A stretch of DNA of 64,000 nucleotides from Macrostomum lignano (lineage: Eukaryota): assembly GCA_002269645.1 (NCBI GenBank), contig NIVC01000326.1:496001-560000 (forward strand), read 5' to 3'. The translations under genes and the position numbers were made by a program. The notes beneath the pieces were generated by a model. The model was not told the origin of the DNA. It saw nothing but the letters and a program-made list of their open reading frames with translations, and ran no database searches. This document shows positions 51,486-61,949 of this stretch, in pieces. Numbering within the stretch: position 1 is the stretch's first letter; each line of letters opens with the position of its first letter.

Positions 51486-52861
51486 CGCATTCGGCCTCAA
51501 CACCACGCCTCAGCAGCTGCCAGCCTGGCCAGGTGCGCTTCGTCACAGCCCGCATCCTTAGACGACGGCGCCACTGTCTGATCGACACCGGGGCAGAGGT
51601 TTCCTGCATCAGCGATGACATATGCAAGAAAGCTAGGCGGCGGCTGCAGCCCAGCAGCATCATCATAAGAGGCGTGGATGGCAACCTACAGTCTGTGCTG
51701 GGTGAGACTACTTTGGCAGTGACTCTGGGAACCGTACAAGTCCATCATCGTTTCGTCGTACTCGAGAAGCTTCACCCGACGTCCGTCATCCTGGGCTGTG
51801 ACTTCCTCAGTGAACACGACGCCTCGGTCCATCTCCAAGCCGGTTGCATCACTTTCAACAGCCTAGGTGTGTCGATTCCAGCTCGAAAAAGTAAAGAGGC
51901 AGCACAGACCTGCAAGCTCGTATCAGCGGCCTCCGTGCAGCTGCAGCCAGGGGAGCGCTGGATAATCCCCGTTAAGCCAGCACAGTCGGCCTCGTGGACG
52001 CGATCGGAGTGTCCAGGAGTCGTCACCGGCACAAGATCACAGGGGCTCCTTGTGGGTCGTTGCGTTGCCAAGCTGGTCGAGAGAGGCATGGGCCTAGCAG
52101 TCATCAACGTCGACGACCACACGGTCAACATCAGCGACGGCGACATTGTTGGCATCTTCTCCCCGTTAGGAAGTCAGCCATTCGTTCAGCAATCGGGTGC
52201 CGCTGGCAGCACGGCGGCGACGGCCGCTGGCAGCACGGCGGCGACGGCCGCTGGCAGCACGGCGGCGACGGCCGCTGGCAGCACGGCGGCGACGGCCGCT
52301 GGCAGCACGGCGGCGACGGCCGCTGGCAGCACGGCGGCGACGGCCGCTGGCAGCACGGCGGCGACGGCCGCTGGCAGCACGGCGGCGACGGCCGCTGGCA
52401 GCACGGCGGCGACGGCCGCTGGCAGCACGGCGGCGACGGCCGCTGGCAGCACGGCGGCGACGACCGCTGGCAGCACGGCGGCGACGGCCGCTGGCAGCAC
52501 GGCGGCGACGGCCGCTGGCAGCACGGCGGCGACGGCCGCTGGCAGCACGGCGGCGACGGTCGCGGGCAGCACGGCTACATCAACAACAGCTTTAGCGACA
52601 GAGTTACCTCGCACCGACTGGTTGAACGACGTGCACATCGAAAGCTCCATCTCCGTCGAAGAGCAACAGTCGGTCAAGGATCTGCTGTTAGAGTTCAGCA
52701 CCGTTTTTGCATCCCCTGGCAACGCTGGTCGAACTGCAGTCCTGCAGCATCGCATCGACACCGGCGGGGCAAGGCCGATCCGGCAGGGTTTGCGGCGTGC
52801 AGCGCGTCCAGTCATCGACAAGCAGGCCGAATTGATCGACGACATGCTGACCAAGGAGTAA
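51428..52861 (+). CDS. Gypsy protease region with (AAGSTAAT)~16 insert; -1 frame relative to Gag
   Basis: CLIDTGAEVSCI, VILGCDFL, HRIDTGGARPIRQ. It ends LTKE* where the RT frame continues QGVIRPSSSPW. Confidence 0.85.
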   Translation: MPKRRGGWFTRPAPALSALTHSASTPRLSSCQPGQVRFVTARILRRRRHCLIDTGAEVSCISDDICKKARRRLQPSSIIIRGVDGNLQSVLGETTLAVTLGTVQVHHRFVVLEKLHPTSVILGCDFLSEHDASVHLQAGCITFNSLGVSIPARKSKEAAQTCKLVSAASVQLQPGERWIIPVKPAQSASWTRSECPGVVTGTRSQGLLVGRCVAKLVERGMGLAVINVDDHTVNISDGDIVGIFSPLGSQPFVQQSGAAGSTAATAAGSTAATAAGSTAATAAGSTAATAAGSTAATAAGSTAATAAGSTAATAAGSTAATAAGSTAATAAGSTAATAAGSTAATTAGSTAATAAGSTAATAAGSTAATAAGSTAATVAGSTATSTTALATELPRTDWLNDVHIESSISVEEQQSVKDLLLEFSTVFASPGNAGRTAVLQHRIDTGGARPIRQGLRRAARPVIDKQAELIDDMLTKE

Positions 52862-55710
52862 TCCGGCCGTCTTCATCGCCTTGGGCTTCGCCAATCGTGC
52901 TTGTGCGTAAGAAGGACGGGACAGCGCGCTTTTGCTTAGACTATCGACTGCTCAATGAGGTCACCAAGCCGGACGCTTTTCCAATTCCGAGGATCGACGA
53001 CACACTCGATGCGCTGCAAGGCAACGCCTACTTTTCGGCACTCGATCTGGAAAGTGGCTACTGGCAGGTTGAGGTCGAGGAGCGTGACAAAGAAAAAACT
53101 GCCTTCATCTGCCATCAAGGCCTCTTCGAGTTCAACGTCATGCCGTTTGGTCTGCGCAATGCCCCGGCAACCTTTCAACGCCTCATGCAGCTGGTGCTCC
53201 AAGGCCTGACCTGGCAAGCGTGCCTGGTCTTCATCGACGACGTTATCGTCATGGGCCGGACTATCGAGGAGCACAACTATCGGCTGCGGGCGGTATTCGA
53301 GCGGCTGCGGGACGCGAACCTACGCTTGAAGCCATCTAAATGCCATTTCGCCAACACCACGATGATCGTCTTGGGCCATCGAGTTTCCAAGTCGGGTATC
53401 ACCGTCGACGAGTCAAAGACTGCTGCGATCCGAGACTGGCCTACACCCCGAACTTCCAAGGAGGTCAAGAGCTTCCTAGGTCTCGCAGCCTACTATAGAC
53501 GGTTCATTCGGGATTATTCAAAGATCGCCGAGCCGCTACGACGCCTGACGGTTCCGACAGAAAGGTTTCAGTGGACGCCCAAGGCCCAAGAAGCATTCGA
53601 CCAACTGAAGGCAGCACTGACCTCTGCTCCGATTCTCGCCTTCCCGGATACTAGTGCGACCAGCTCGGAGTTCATTCTGGACACTGACGCCAGCGACTGC
53701 GCCATTGGTGCGGTACTCTCTCAACTGCAGGCGGGCGAAGAACGAGTCATCGCGTACTCCAGCAGAGCACTAACAAAAGCCGAGCGCAACTACTGTGTAA
53801 CGAGGCGGGAGCTGCTGTCCGTCGTTGAGCATGTCAGGAAGTTCCGGAATTACCTGCTGCCTCGGAAGTTCACCGTGCGGGTCGATCATCAGTCTCTAAC
53901 GCACCTGCTGACATTCAAGGAGCCCGAAGGTCAACTCGCGCGGTGGCTGCAGACGCTAGACGAGTTCGACTTCAGAGTACTCTATCGGCCGGGCCGTCAA
54001 CACAACAACGCCGATGCGCTGTCCCGTCAGCAGCAGCGCTGTACCAACCAGTGTCGGGTGTGTCGACCAACAAATGAGACCACCAGCAGGACGACATCCT
54101 CGGTTGCCTGCCAGACCGACGCCAACAGTGATGCCGCCGCTGCCGCCCAGATCAACGCAGCGACCATCAAGCTAGTGTCGACGGCTACCGACGAAGCTGT
54201 TCAGACCGACAATGTGCATGTCTGCGTCGGCACCGTGCCATCAAGGCGCAAGCAAATCCATCAGCCCCGGTCGGACGACAGCGAAGAAAGCAGCAGCAGC
54301 GAGGACGACACCAACGAAGATGAATCCGCAGCGCCAGCGGCAGACAACAGGCCACCGACGCTACGTATGCTTCAGCTGCAGGATCCGGTTATCAGTCCGG
54401 TGTTCCGACTGCTGGCCGACGGCAAGACTAGGTTTACCGACCGACAACGCGACCGAGTACCGCCGGAGAGCCTGGTGCTGGCGCAGAAGGTGCATGACTT
54501 GTGTTTCGTGAACGGTACACTGCACAGGCTGGTCAACACAAAGCCAGTACCCGTCATTCCCCGCTGCCGACAACGCGAATTTGTCGACGAGATTCACAAC
54601 GTCGGCCACCTGGGCGAAGTCAAGACGCTGGCCAGCCTAAAGACGCGTTGCTACTGGCCAAAAATGTCGGAGAGCGTCCGGTTGGCCGTTCGGTCATGCC
54701 AGGTTTGCCAGCGGGCAAAGACTCCGGTTATCAAGCGGGCGCCGCTACAGTCCATCACTGCAGGGTTTCCAATGCAGCGTGTCGGGTTCGACATTGTCAA
54801 GGTCGGCGCTTCCAGAAACGGCAACGATCGGATCCTGACCATCGTCGACTACTTCAGCAAGTGGACGGAGCTGGTGCCGATTCCGGACGAGAAGGCGACG
54901 ACAATTGCCAAGGCCCTCTTCAACAACTGGATCTCCAGGTGGGGTGCTCCGCATATTCTCCACTCCGACCGCGGCAAGAGCATCGATGGCCGTATCATTC
55001 GCAGTCTCTGTACACTACTGGAGGTCGACAAGACTCGAACATCGGGCTATCATCCTCAATGTGACGGTCTCGTGGAGAGATTTCATCGGACACTCCATCA
55101 GATGTTGCGCTGCCACCTTCAAACTGTCGATCCGCTGGACTGGGAGGACGCCCTGCCGTACTGTCTCCTAGCCTATCGAAGCAGCATCAGCGCGACGACC
55201 GGATTTTCCCCACATTTCCTGATGACGGGCCGGGAGGTGGTTCTGCCATTGGACGTTGTCTATCGGTCCCCAGAGCCTCCATCCGTCGTCGGCCAGTACG
55301 CAGTAGAGACCATTCAACGACTGCAGGACGCCTTTGACGCTGTGCGGAGGTCAACTGGCGCGGCTCAACGACGGAAGAAGCGGTACTACGATCTGAAAGC
55401 CCAGAAGCGCAAGTTTCGCACCGGCGACCTAGTGTGGCTGTTCGTTCCGCCTGCTGTGCTGTCCAGGACCAACTGTCTGCCTCCGAAGCATCAATCACCG
55501 TGGACAGGCCCATTTAAAGTCATGCGCAAGACATCACCTGTCAACTACTTGGTGCGGCCGATCAATTACACGGACGGGGAGATCAAGGGGCGCGTCGTGC
55601 ATGTCAACAAGTTGAAGCGAGCGTGTCTGCAACGGACCCAGTCTGCTCAGCGTGCTGATCAGGACGCCAGTAGTGACGATGAAGGGCAACTTGTTGACGC
55701 TGAGGACTGA
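52852..55710 (+). CDS. Gypsy Pol: RT-RNase H-integrase
   Basis: SPWASPIVLVRKKDG, LDLESGYWQV, MPFGLRNAPATFQR, FIDDV; LDTDASD, VDHQSL, NADALSR; HNVGH...C..C, GFDIV, HSDRG, DGLVER; GPF near the C-terminus. Confidence 0.93.
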   Translation, partial: QGVIRPSSSPWASPIVLVRKKDGTARFCLDYRLLNEVTKPDAFPIPRIDDTLDALQGNAYFSALDLESGYWQVEVEERDKEKTAFICHQGLFEFNVMPFGLRNAPATFQRLMQLVLQGLTWQACLVFIDDVIVMGRTIEEHNYRLRAVFERLRDANLRLKPSKCHFANTTMIVLGHRVSKSGITVDESKTAAIRDWPTPRTSKEVKSFLGLAAYYRRFIRDYSKIAEPLRRLTVPTERFQWTPKAQEAFDQLKAALTSAPILAFPDTSATSSEFILDTDASDCAIGAVLSQLQAGEERVIAYSSRALTKAERNYCVTRRELLSVVEHVRKFRNYLLPRKFTVRVDHQSLTHLLTFKEPEGQLARWLQTLDEFDFRVLYRPGRQHNNADALSRQQQRCTNQCRVCRPTNETTSRTTSSVACQTDANSDAAAAAQINAATIKLVSTATDEAVQTDNVHVCVGTVPSRRKQIHQPRSDDSEESSSSEDDTNEDESAAPAADNRPPTLRMLQLQDPVISPVFRLLADGKTRFTDRQRDRVPPESLVLAQKVHDLCFVNGTLHRLVNTKPVPVIPRCRQREFVDEIHNVGHLGEVKTLASLKTRCYWPKMSESVRLAVRSCQVCQRAKTPVIKRAPLQSITAGFPMQRVGFDIVKVGASRNGNDRILTIVDYFSKWTELVPIPDEKATTIAKALFNNWISRWGAPHILHSDRGKSIDGRIIRSLCTLLEVDKTRTSGYHPQCDGLVERFHRTLHQMLRCHLQTVDPLDWEDALPYCLLAYRSSISATTGFSPHFLMTGREVVLPLDVVYRSPEPPSVVGQYAVETIQRLQDAFDAVRRSTGAAQRRKKRYYDLKAQKRKFRTGDLVWLFVPPAVLSRTNCLPPKHQSPWTGPFKVMRKTSPVNYLVRPINYTDGEIKGRVVHVNKLKRACLQRTQSAQRADQDASSDDEGQLVDAED

Positions 55711-56501
55711 CTAACGCAGATTGAGGACTGACTGACTGGTATTAGCCAACAATTTTGCTTTATAGGTCGTAGGTCTAGGACTTTTTAATAGCGTCAATCT
55801 ATTAGCTTAGCAATCCTGATTTAGATTTAATTGTCGAAAACCGGTTATCTCGAATTGTTCTATTAGCTATCAGCTGGTTCTGTTCTTCCCTATTGGAGTA
55901 GCTTTCATCTGTCGTTTCCACCCCTTGGGTTTAATGAGGGCATTAAACTGTTGAAAGGGGAGCTTTTGTAATAGTGCTCAATTTGCGTGCGCGTGCACTT
56001 CTAGTGTTTTCGGATGTTTTCTCCGTATTTCTTTCTGCGTCACCCCACCCCTGCGTATAGCCTTTTCTAGAAATTTCTTTTTGTTTCTGATTGGCTGAAA
56101 ACGCGTGAATAACGAGCCCCAACCAATAGAGTGCTTAGTACCTACCCTATCGACGAAATCCGATTGGTTAGGATTTTCTAAGCTGCGTTTTTCTAAGCTG
56201 CATCGCGGTCAGTCTATTTAATCAAGCAAGCTGGAACGCAAATAAATCAAGTTTTTCTCTGACTAAAGAAGTCCCGGCAGTTAAAACTCAAGAATACGCG
56301 GCTACACTTTTATAAACTCATCATAAATAATTGCATACAAATCCCCACTTTTTTCCATTTGCTGTCATTGTTCGTTTCCCACGTCTATCGCCTGTTCAAT
56401 CCCCCTTCCTTTCCATGGTCTGATTTTGTCCCTTCCCTGTTTTTCGCTGTCCCTCGTTTGAATTTTTGTTTATCCGCGCGTTGACTTAGAGGCTTTTCAA
56501 T

Positions 56502-56763
56502 GGGCCTTTTCATATTACCAATTCCAGAATCAGAATCGGTTCGGATCTTCCAAGAAAAACAGCAGTATAACTATTTAATTCTATTGAATGTTTGACTGCC
56601 TTAACAACCTCACTTAGCACAATTTTTCACTTTCTTCTTGGCGAATGTCATTCAATAATAAAAACTTTATAGCACGTATCTCCCTCTAGTTATGGAAACA
56701 AAAAGTTATACTTCACAAATTGGTTCTGGTTCTGAAACCAGAACAAGCAATATGAAAAGGCCC
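56502..56763. mobile_element. MITE with perfect 15-bp TIRs (PIF/Harbinger-like)
   Basis: GGGCCTTTTCATATT ... AATATGAAAAGGCCC; no clean TSD. Confidence 0.7.
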
Positions 56764-57104
56764 TTAGTGTTTTTGAGCCGTGTCCATCCCGTGAATTTGC
56801 TGCCCAATGCTCTGCCCAACGCGTGTCTCCATCGTTTGTATGTTTTTTAAACCGCTGTCCCGAGCCCTGCCTTTCCTCATACGGCTCGCTCTCTCTCTCT
56901 CCCTTGCCGTTCCGTTTACCTTTCCTCCTTTAGCAAATTGTTCGTTTAATAACCGAGTCGATCTATTTAGTTCATTGACTAGTTTATCGCTCTCCTAATT
57001 CAGCACCCCAGTGCCGCTCGCGAAGTCATCTTTGTTGTTTTATTTTATTCAGCGATTAGCCTGAGTAGACGGCATGAGGGGGCTTCTGGGACAAAATTTT
57101 TCAC

Positions 57105-57800
57105 CTCCTCCATAATCCACCTAAATCCATCCATATTATCCCTGACAGAATCAGAAAAAAAGGGGGGTCGCACTCGCTAACAAAACGTCCTCCATAATCC
57201 ACCTAAATCCATCCATATTATCCCTGACAGAATCAGAAAAAAAGGGGGGTCGCACTCGCTAACAAAACGTCCTCCATAATCCACCTAAATCCATCCATAT
57301 TATCCCTGACAGAATCATAAAAAAAGGGGGTTCGCACTCGCTAACAAAACGTCCTCCATAATCCACCTAAATCCATCCATATTATCCCTGACAGAATCAG
57401 AAAAAAAGGGGGGTCGCACTCGCTAACAAAACGTCCTCCATAATCCCATTAAATCCATCCATATTATCCCTGACAGAATCAGAAAAAAGGGGGGTCGCAC
57501 CTGCTCACAAAACATCGTCCATAATCCCATTAAATCCATCCATATTATCCCCGACAGAATAAAAAAAAAGGGGGTCGCACTCGCTCACAAAACATCCTCC
57601 ATAATCCTATTAAATCCCTCCATATTATCCTTGACAGAATAAGAAAAAAAGGGGGGTCGCACCCGCTCACAAAACGTCCTCCATAATCCCATTAAATCTA
57701 TCTATATTATCCCCGACAGAATCTTGAAAAAGGGGAGGGGTTGCACTTGATCCGAAAACTTTAATCCCATTAAATCCATCCATATTATGACTGACAGAAT
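57105..57800. repeat. ~82-bp tandem repeat, ~8 copies (putative Polinton terminal region)
   Basis: Unit CCTCCATAATCCACCTAAATCCATCCATATTATCCCTGACAGAATCAGAAAAAAAGGGGGGTCGCACTCGCTAACAAAACGT, decaying rightwards. Confidence 0.93.
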
Positions 57801-58011
57801 ATGGGAATATGGGTCCACTGACACCTGTTATGCTCACTGACACTGACATAATCCACTGACATCCACCCATAGCATCTTCGAAACAATCAGAAAAAAATAT
57901 GCATTCTTCTCCCCACATTCAATTCGCAACATGAAACCAGATCCCTAAAACTTTAAACCCCCTAACCCAGGGTCCTTACCCTTTGAAAAAAAAATTAAAT
58001 TTTCTCTAAAA

Positions 58012-58266
58012 ATGTTTCCAGTTGTCTCTCCAGGTTCTTATTACAAAGCGCACGAGCCTAATTACAAGAGTAAGTACCGATGCAAACTAGAATGCAGCGA
58101 GTACATGAGAAAATATTGGCCCGACGTTGATATCAATGTCCCTAATATTAATCTAGCTCTCCAAAGACACTGGTTTCATAAGTATGGAGTAACCTACGTA
58201 AAAGATTACGACAGCTACTGTGACGTAGCGAGTTCGAGATGTAGTCAGCGATTAATTAATTATTAG
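58012..58266 (+). CDS. Small hypothetical ORF (84 aa) within the putative Polinton
   Basis: ATG after an A-rich leader; Tyr/Cys-rich; no recognised motif. Confidence 0.3.
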   Translation: MFPVVSPGSYYKAHEPNYKSKYRCKLECSEYMRKYWPDVDINVPNINLALQRHWFHKYGVTYVKDYDSYCDVASSRCSQRLINY

Positions 58267-58654
58267 TTGTTTATTTATTAGTTATTTATTTATTGGTTAG
58301 CTAGTTCAGTTATTAGTAGTGTTGACACGCATGGTACGAGACAAAATGCCGAGTTGAGGAGAGTACAAAAAACGAGCGCGAGGTAACAATTTAAATTGTC
58401 AAGATGTCTATCAAAAAAGTAATAACAACTTGGACTGAAATAAATAAAACTTCAAGTACATTTTTTTTCTAAATAAATTACATTGAATTAATAGCTGGGA
58501 AACCTGCAAATTAATCAACTACAATAATTTGAAGTAATAAAAACTCAGATAGAAACTAAAAATTTAAGATGCTAACGACATCGTCACAGCTACTATAACT
58601 TTGCAGAAATAATTAGGCAATTGCGTTAGGCGTGTGAAAGTACTAACATTTAAA

Positions 58655-59040
58655 AATGGCCCCACTGGTAGCCATTCTAAGCGTTCTCATTGGTTGATAA
58701 GATTATACTAAAGAGAGAGTGGAAATGACTTGTTACTAAAAATAACTCAAGACAGATATTGCGATCGTGTCAATTTAAAATTGGCTGGCCCCACTGGTAG
58801 CCATTCTAAGCGTTCTCATTGGTTGATAAGATTATACTAAAGAGAGAGTGGAAATGACTTGTTACTAAAAATAACTCAAGACTGCTAATACGGTCGTATT
58901 TAAAATTGGCTGGCCCCACTGGTAGCCATTCTAAGCGTTCTCATTGGTTGATAAGATTATACTAAAGAGAGAGTGGAAATGACTTGTTACTAAAAATAAC
59001 TCAAGACTGATATTGCGATCGTCTCAATTTAAAATTGGCT
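58655..59040. repeat. ~125-130-bp tandem repeat, 3 copies
   Basis: CCCCACTGGTAGCCATTCTAAGCGTTCTCATTGGTTGATAAG... recurs at ~58660, ~58789 and ~58913. Confidence 0.92.
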
Positions 59041-59059
59041 AAGTCATAACCCGTAACCG

Positions 59060-59698
59060 TCACTGTCTCCACATCGCCGCATCCGCCTGGTAGCGAACCT
59101 CGTCCCGAATGAGCTTCATATTTTCCAGAACGAAGCTAACTGGTACGGCGCAGCGTTGTAAGGCCGGAAATTCTGTCAATAAGTCGTACACTCTCAACTT
59201 CTTGTCCAAAGTCTGCCTCGATACTTGTAGATTAAGCCGTCGAATTATATTCCGAACCGACTTTAGTGTACGTTTGAGCCGGTGAATGATGGAGCCGATG
59301 TAAAATGACACAATTAATGTGCGCTTATCATAAAAATTCTCATGCTGAAATAATTCCACCAGCATGTTCTGTACAGTGGGTAGAACAGTGGGTAGATGAC
59401 GAAAGTTCAACGCGTGCATACTTTCCTCGATAACTGATAGCTCCCTTGTTGGCGCTTGAACTTCGACTCCATACGAAGCACGAAGGCGCTGGAAAACAGC
59501 AGCTACTCGTGCTTCGTAGGTGGAAATATCGCGTTGGGTTTGTCCTTCCATGCGAGCCAAATCGTGCTGTATTTCCTCTTCTTTGAAATTTTCAAACAAT
59601 TGTTGGAGTCCATCTCTCTGCTCTAAAGGTGTTAAATTAATCAAATCGTTCACAAATGCGTTAAGTCGAGCGGTTCTAACTGTAATTCTTTCAGCCAT
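59060..59698 (-). CDS. Hypothetical 212-aa helical protein of the putative Polinton
   Basis: Intact ATG-to-stop ORF with non-repetitive, protein-like composition; no assignable domain. Confidence 0.65.
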   Translation of the reverse strand: MAERITVRTARLNAFVNDLINLTPLEQRDGLQQLFENFKEEEIQHDLARMEGQTQRDISTYEARVAAVFQRLRASYGVEVQAPTRELSVIEESMHALNFRHLPTVLPTVQNMLVELFQHENFYDKRTLIVSFYIGSIIHRLKRTLKSVRNIIRRLNLQVSRQTLDKKLRVYDLLTEFPALQRCAVPVSFVLENMKLIRDEVRYQADAAMWRQ

Positions 59699-60364
59699 TG
59701 CGTTTTCTAATAGGAATTGAGTGAAGAGGGCTGGCTGGCTTCCGCCTTTACTTAAAAACCGTCATGTAGGGTTTGAGGTGGTAGTGGTTGCTGCGCCGCG
59801 CCAATATTTTGGCAATTGGAAAGGAAAGCCGTCTCCACACTAGGTAGTCTTTCGTGCTATGAACTGACTGGTTGATTGGGGTTGCCAAAGCGGAAAGGAA
59901 AGCATGCGTGGAAGTTGTACATTCGCAAAATCGATTAAAAGGCTACGCTCCTTAAGCAAATAGCAGTCGATCAACCACATAACCTCTCTCTGCTTCTCAA
60001 CTTTTCAAATGCAGCTGTTGCGTTCGGCCAGGGCTGAGAATAATAGTTAAACCCTTCCCGACTCAAACGCCTCTCTCTACCCCCCCATATCTTCATACCG
60101 TAGAGACCAACTAGGCGGGCCACATTCCGAGGCCAAATCGGCGGGCCGAGGCCAACTAGGCGGGCCAACTGGCCTCACAATTAGGCAAATAATCAATATC
60201 AATCAAACATACACAGTCCATGCATGCTAATGGCGGCGAAGCGGTTGACTTTTTATTTTCTGCTCTTAGCTCTCTGGAGAATGAGAATCTCTCTTGTGCG
60301 CAACTCTTTAGGGAATAAAAAACTGTACTTACTCAAATCCACACTTGCTGATGCCCTTCCCGAT

Positions 60365-60865
60365 TCAAGCGCCCCTTTCTACCCCCAGCTCTTTCAGCAG
60401 TCTTCCTAGTACCTTGTGAGGTGCGCACAAAATAAACCCGGCTCCCGTGCGTTCGCCCTCTCTCCCCGTGCACTCGCCCTCTCTCCCCAAACACCCGCCC
60501 TCGGCGTACACCCCCAACCCCAGTTTTGTCTTACTAAAAATAACAGCTTTAACTAGCTTCCGAGCGATCGACTCACGAAATCCGCTTGAAGCCCCTATAT
60601 TGTCTAGTCTCTTAAGCATTTCTTTGTCCCAACGATTCTTCTCCTCAGGAAAATCTCTATATTTAACGTCATGCCACATGCAGACAGAGTCTAGCTCATT
60701 CACAGGCTCATGCCCAGGATTTGGGTTGTTGTTTCCATCCAGCTGTATTTCAAGTGGATTCAAAGGCCCGCAATATTTATAGCCGGGAAGTGTCCAGCCT
60801 TTGTTTGGATGAGGAAGCTTTTCTATCAGTCCATGTGAATCTAACTTACCACCAGAGCGCTGCAT
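60365..60865 (-). CDS. Parvovirus-type phospholipase A2 domain protein (PLA2X-like)
   Basis: TLPGYKYCGP (Ca-binding loop) ... NELDSVCMWHDVKY (catalytic HD) ... DKEML; likely ATG 60865 (MQRSGG). Confidence 0.88.
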   Translation of the reverse strand: MQRSGGKLDSHGLIEKLPHPNKGWTLPGYKYCGPLNPLEIQLDGNNNPNPGHEPVNELDSVCMWHDVKYRDFPEEKNRWDKEMLKRLDNIGASSGFRESIARKLVKAVIFSKTKLGLGVYAEGGCLGREGECTGREGERTGAGFILCAPHKVLGRLLKELGVERGA

Positions 60866-60895
60866 TATTTTATTTAAAATTTTCTTTTTAAATAA

Positions 60896-61933
60896 ATGAC
60901 AGATCAGAAACTTAAAAAACTCTACTACAGCGACAAAGGATTCTTTGTAGGCAAAAATGCCGTTAGTAAACTCATGGAGCTGAGTAAGGAACCAAAAGCT
61001 ACAGTAGAAAAATGGCTCTCTAAGCAGGCTGTCTTTCAAGTCTATTTCCCACCAGTAAAATTTGAAAGGCCCCATTTCAGTATTTATAAACCTAATGAAG
61101 CGCACCAAGCAGATCTTTTGTTTCTCCCCAATGACTCAGGCTACAAGTATGCTCTTACAATTATTGACATTGCTTCCAGATATAAGGAAGCTCGCCCACT
61201 CAAGACGAAGAAGTCAGAGGTTGTTGCCAGCGCACTGCAAGATATTTATAAAAACTCTCCGCTCACATACCCCCAAATCTTTATGACCGACCCGGGTAAG
61301 GAATTCATGGGTGTAGTGAAATCCCTTATGGAAAAGAAAAACACAGAGATTCGCTATGGCAGAACAAACTTGCACAGAGACCAGGCTTTTGTGGAAAGAT
61401 TCAATCTAACTCTAGCCAAGAGACTATTCACTAAGCAGACAGCGCAAGAACTCAAACTGAGTGCGGGGCAGTACTATACCAAGTGGACAGAAAGACTCCC
61501 CACTGTTATAGAGCAACTGAACAATGAAGTCACACGCATGACTGGATTGAAACCATCCCATGCAATTAAACAAGACACTGTCGAACTTAAGGCATCTCAT
61601 AGAACAGACAACAACACGACAACCCCACACAACACACACAACACAAAACACACCTCGAACTACCCTAAGCTTCCAGGAGTTGAATCACCATACATACTGA
61701 CAAACTCTGAGTTTCTACGCTTTTTATATCTACCTGGAGAGCTAGAGAAGGACACCAAAAGAAGAGCTACAGATCCATACTTCAGCCTTGATGTGCATAA
61801 AATAGACAGACATTTTACCTCCGACTCCGGTGACTATTACTTTTTATCTCAAGCCTTTAACCCTAAATCCCCCACGCGGTCATTCACTAGAGCTGAACTC
61901 CTAGTGATACCAGCTGACACAGAAATTAATTAA
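60896..61933 (+). CDS. Retroviral-like (rve/DDE) integrase, Polinton/adintovirus type
   Basis: HQADLLFLP, LTIIDIASRY, MTDPGKEF, AFVERFNLTL, NNEVTRMTGLKP, RRATDPYFS. Confidence 0.92.
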   Translation: MTDQKLKKLYYSDKGFFVGKNAVSKLMELSKEPKATVEKWLSKQAVFQVYFPPVKFERPHFSIYKPNEAHQADLLFLPNDSGYKYALTIIDIASRYKEARPLKTKKSEVVASALQDIYKNSPLTYPQIFMTDPGKEFMGVVKSLMEKKNTEIRYGRTNLHRDQAFVERFNLTLAKRLFTKQTAQELKLSAGQYYTKWTERLPTVIEQLNNEVTRMTGLKPSHAIKQDTVELKASHRTDNNTTTPHNTHNTKHTSNYPKLPGVESPYILTNSEFLRFLYLPGELEKDTKRRATDPYFSLDVHKIDRHFTSDSGDYYFLSQAFNPKSPTRSFTRAELLVIPADTEIN

Positions 61934-61949
61934 AATATTAAAATAAAAA

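Larger units (their letters stand above)
49997..56306 (+). mobile_element. Young full-length Ty3/Gypsy LTR retrotransposon
   Basis: 340-bp LTRs 49997-50336 and 55967-56306 (TG...CA, one substitution seen). TSD CTTT on both sides. PBS TGGCGACCACG at 50338. PPT GAAAGGGGAG at ~55953-55962. Confidence 0.96.

Noticed and set aside
57940-57975. Telomere-like CCCTAA words
   Set aside because: Only two isolated hexamers, no array.
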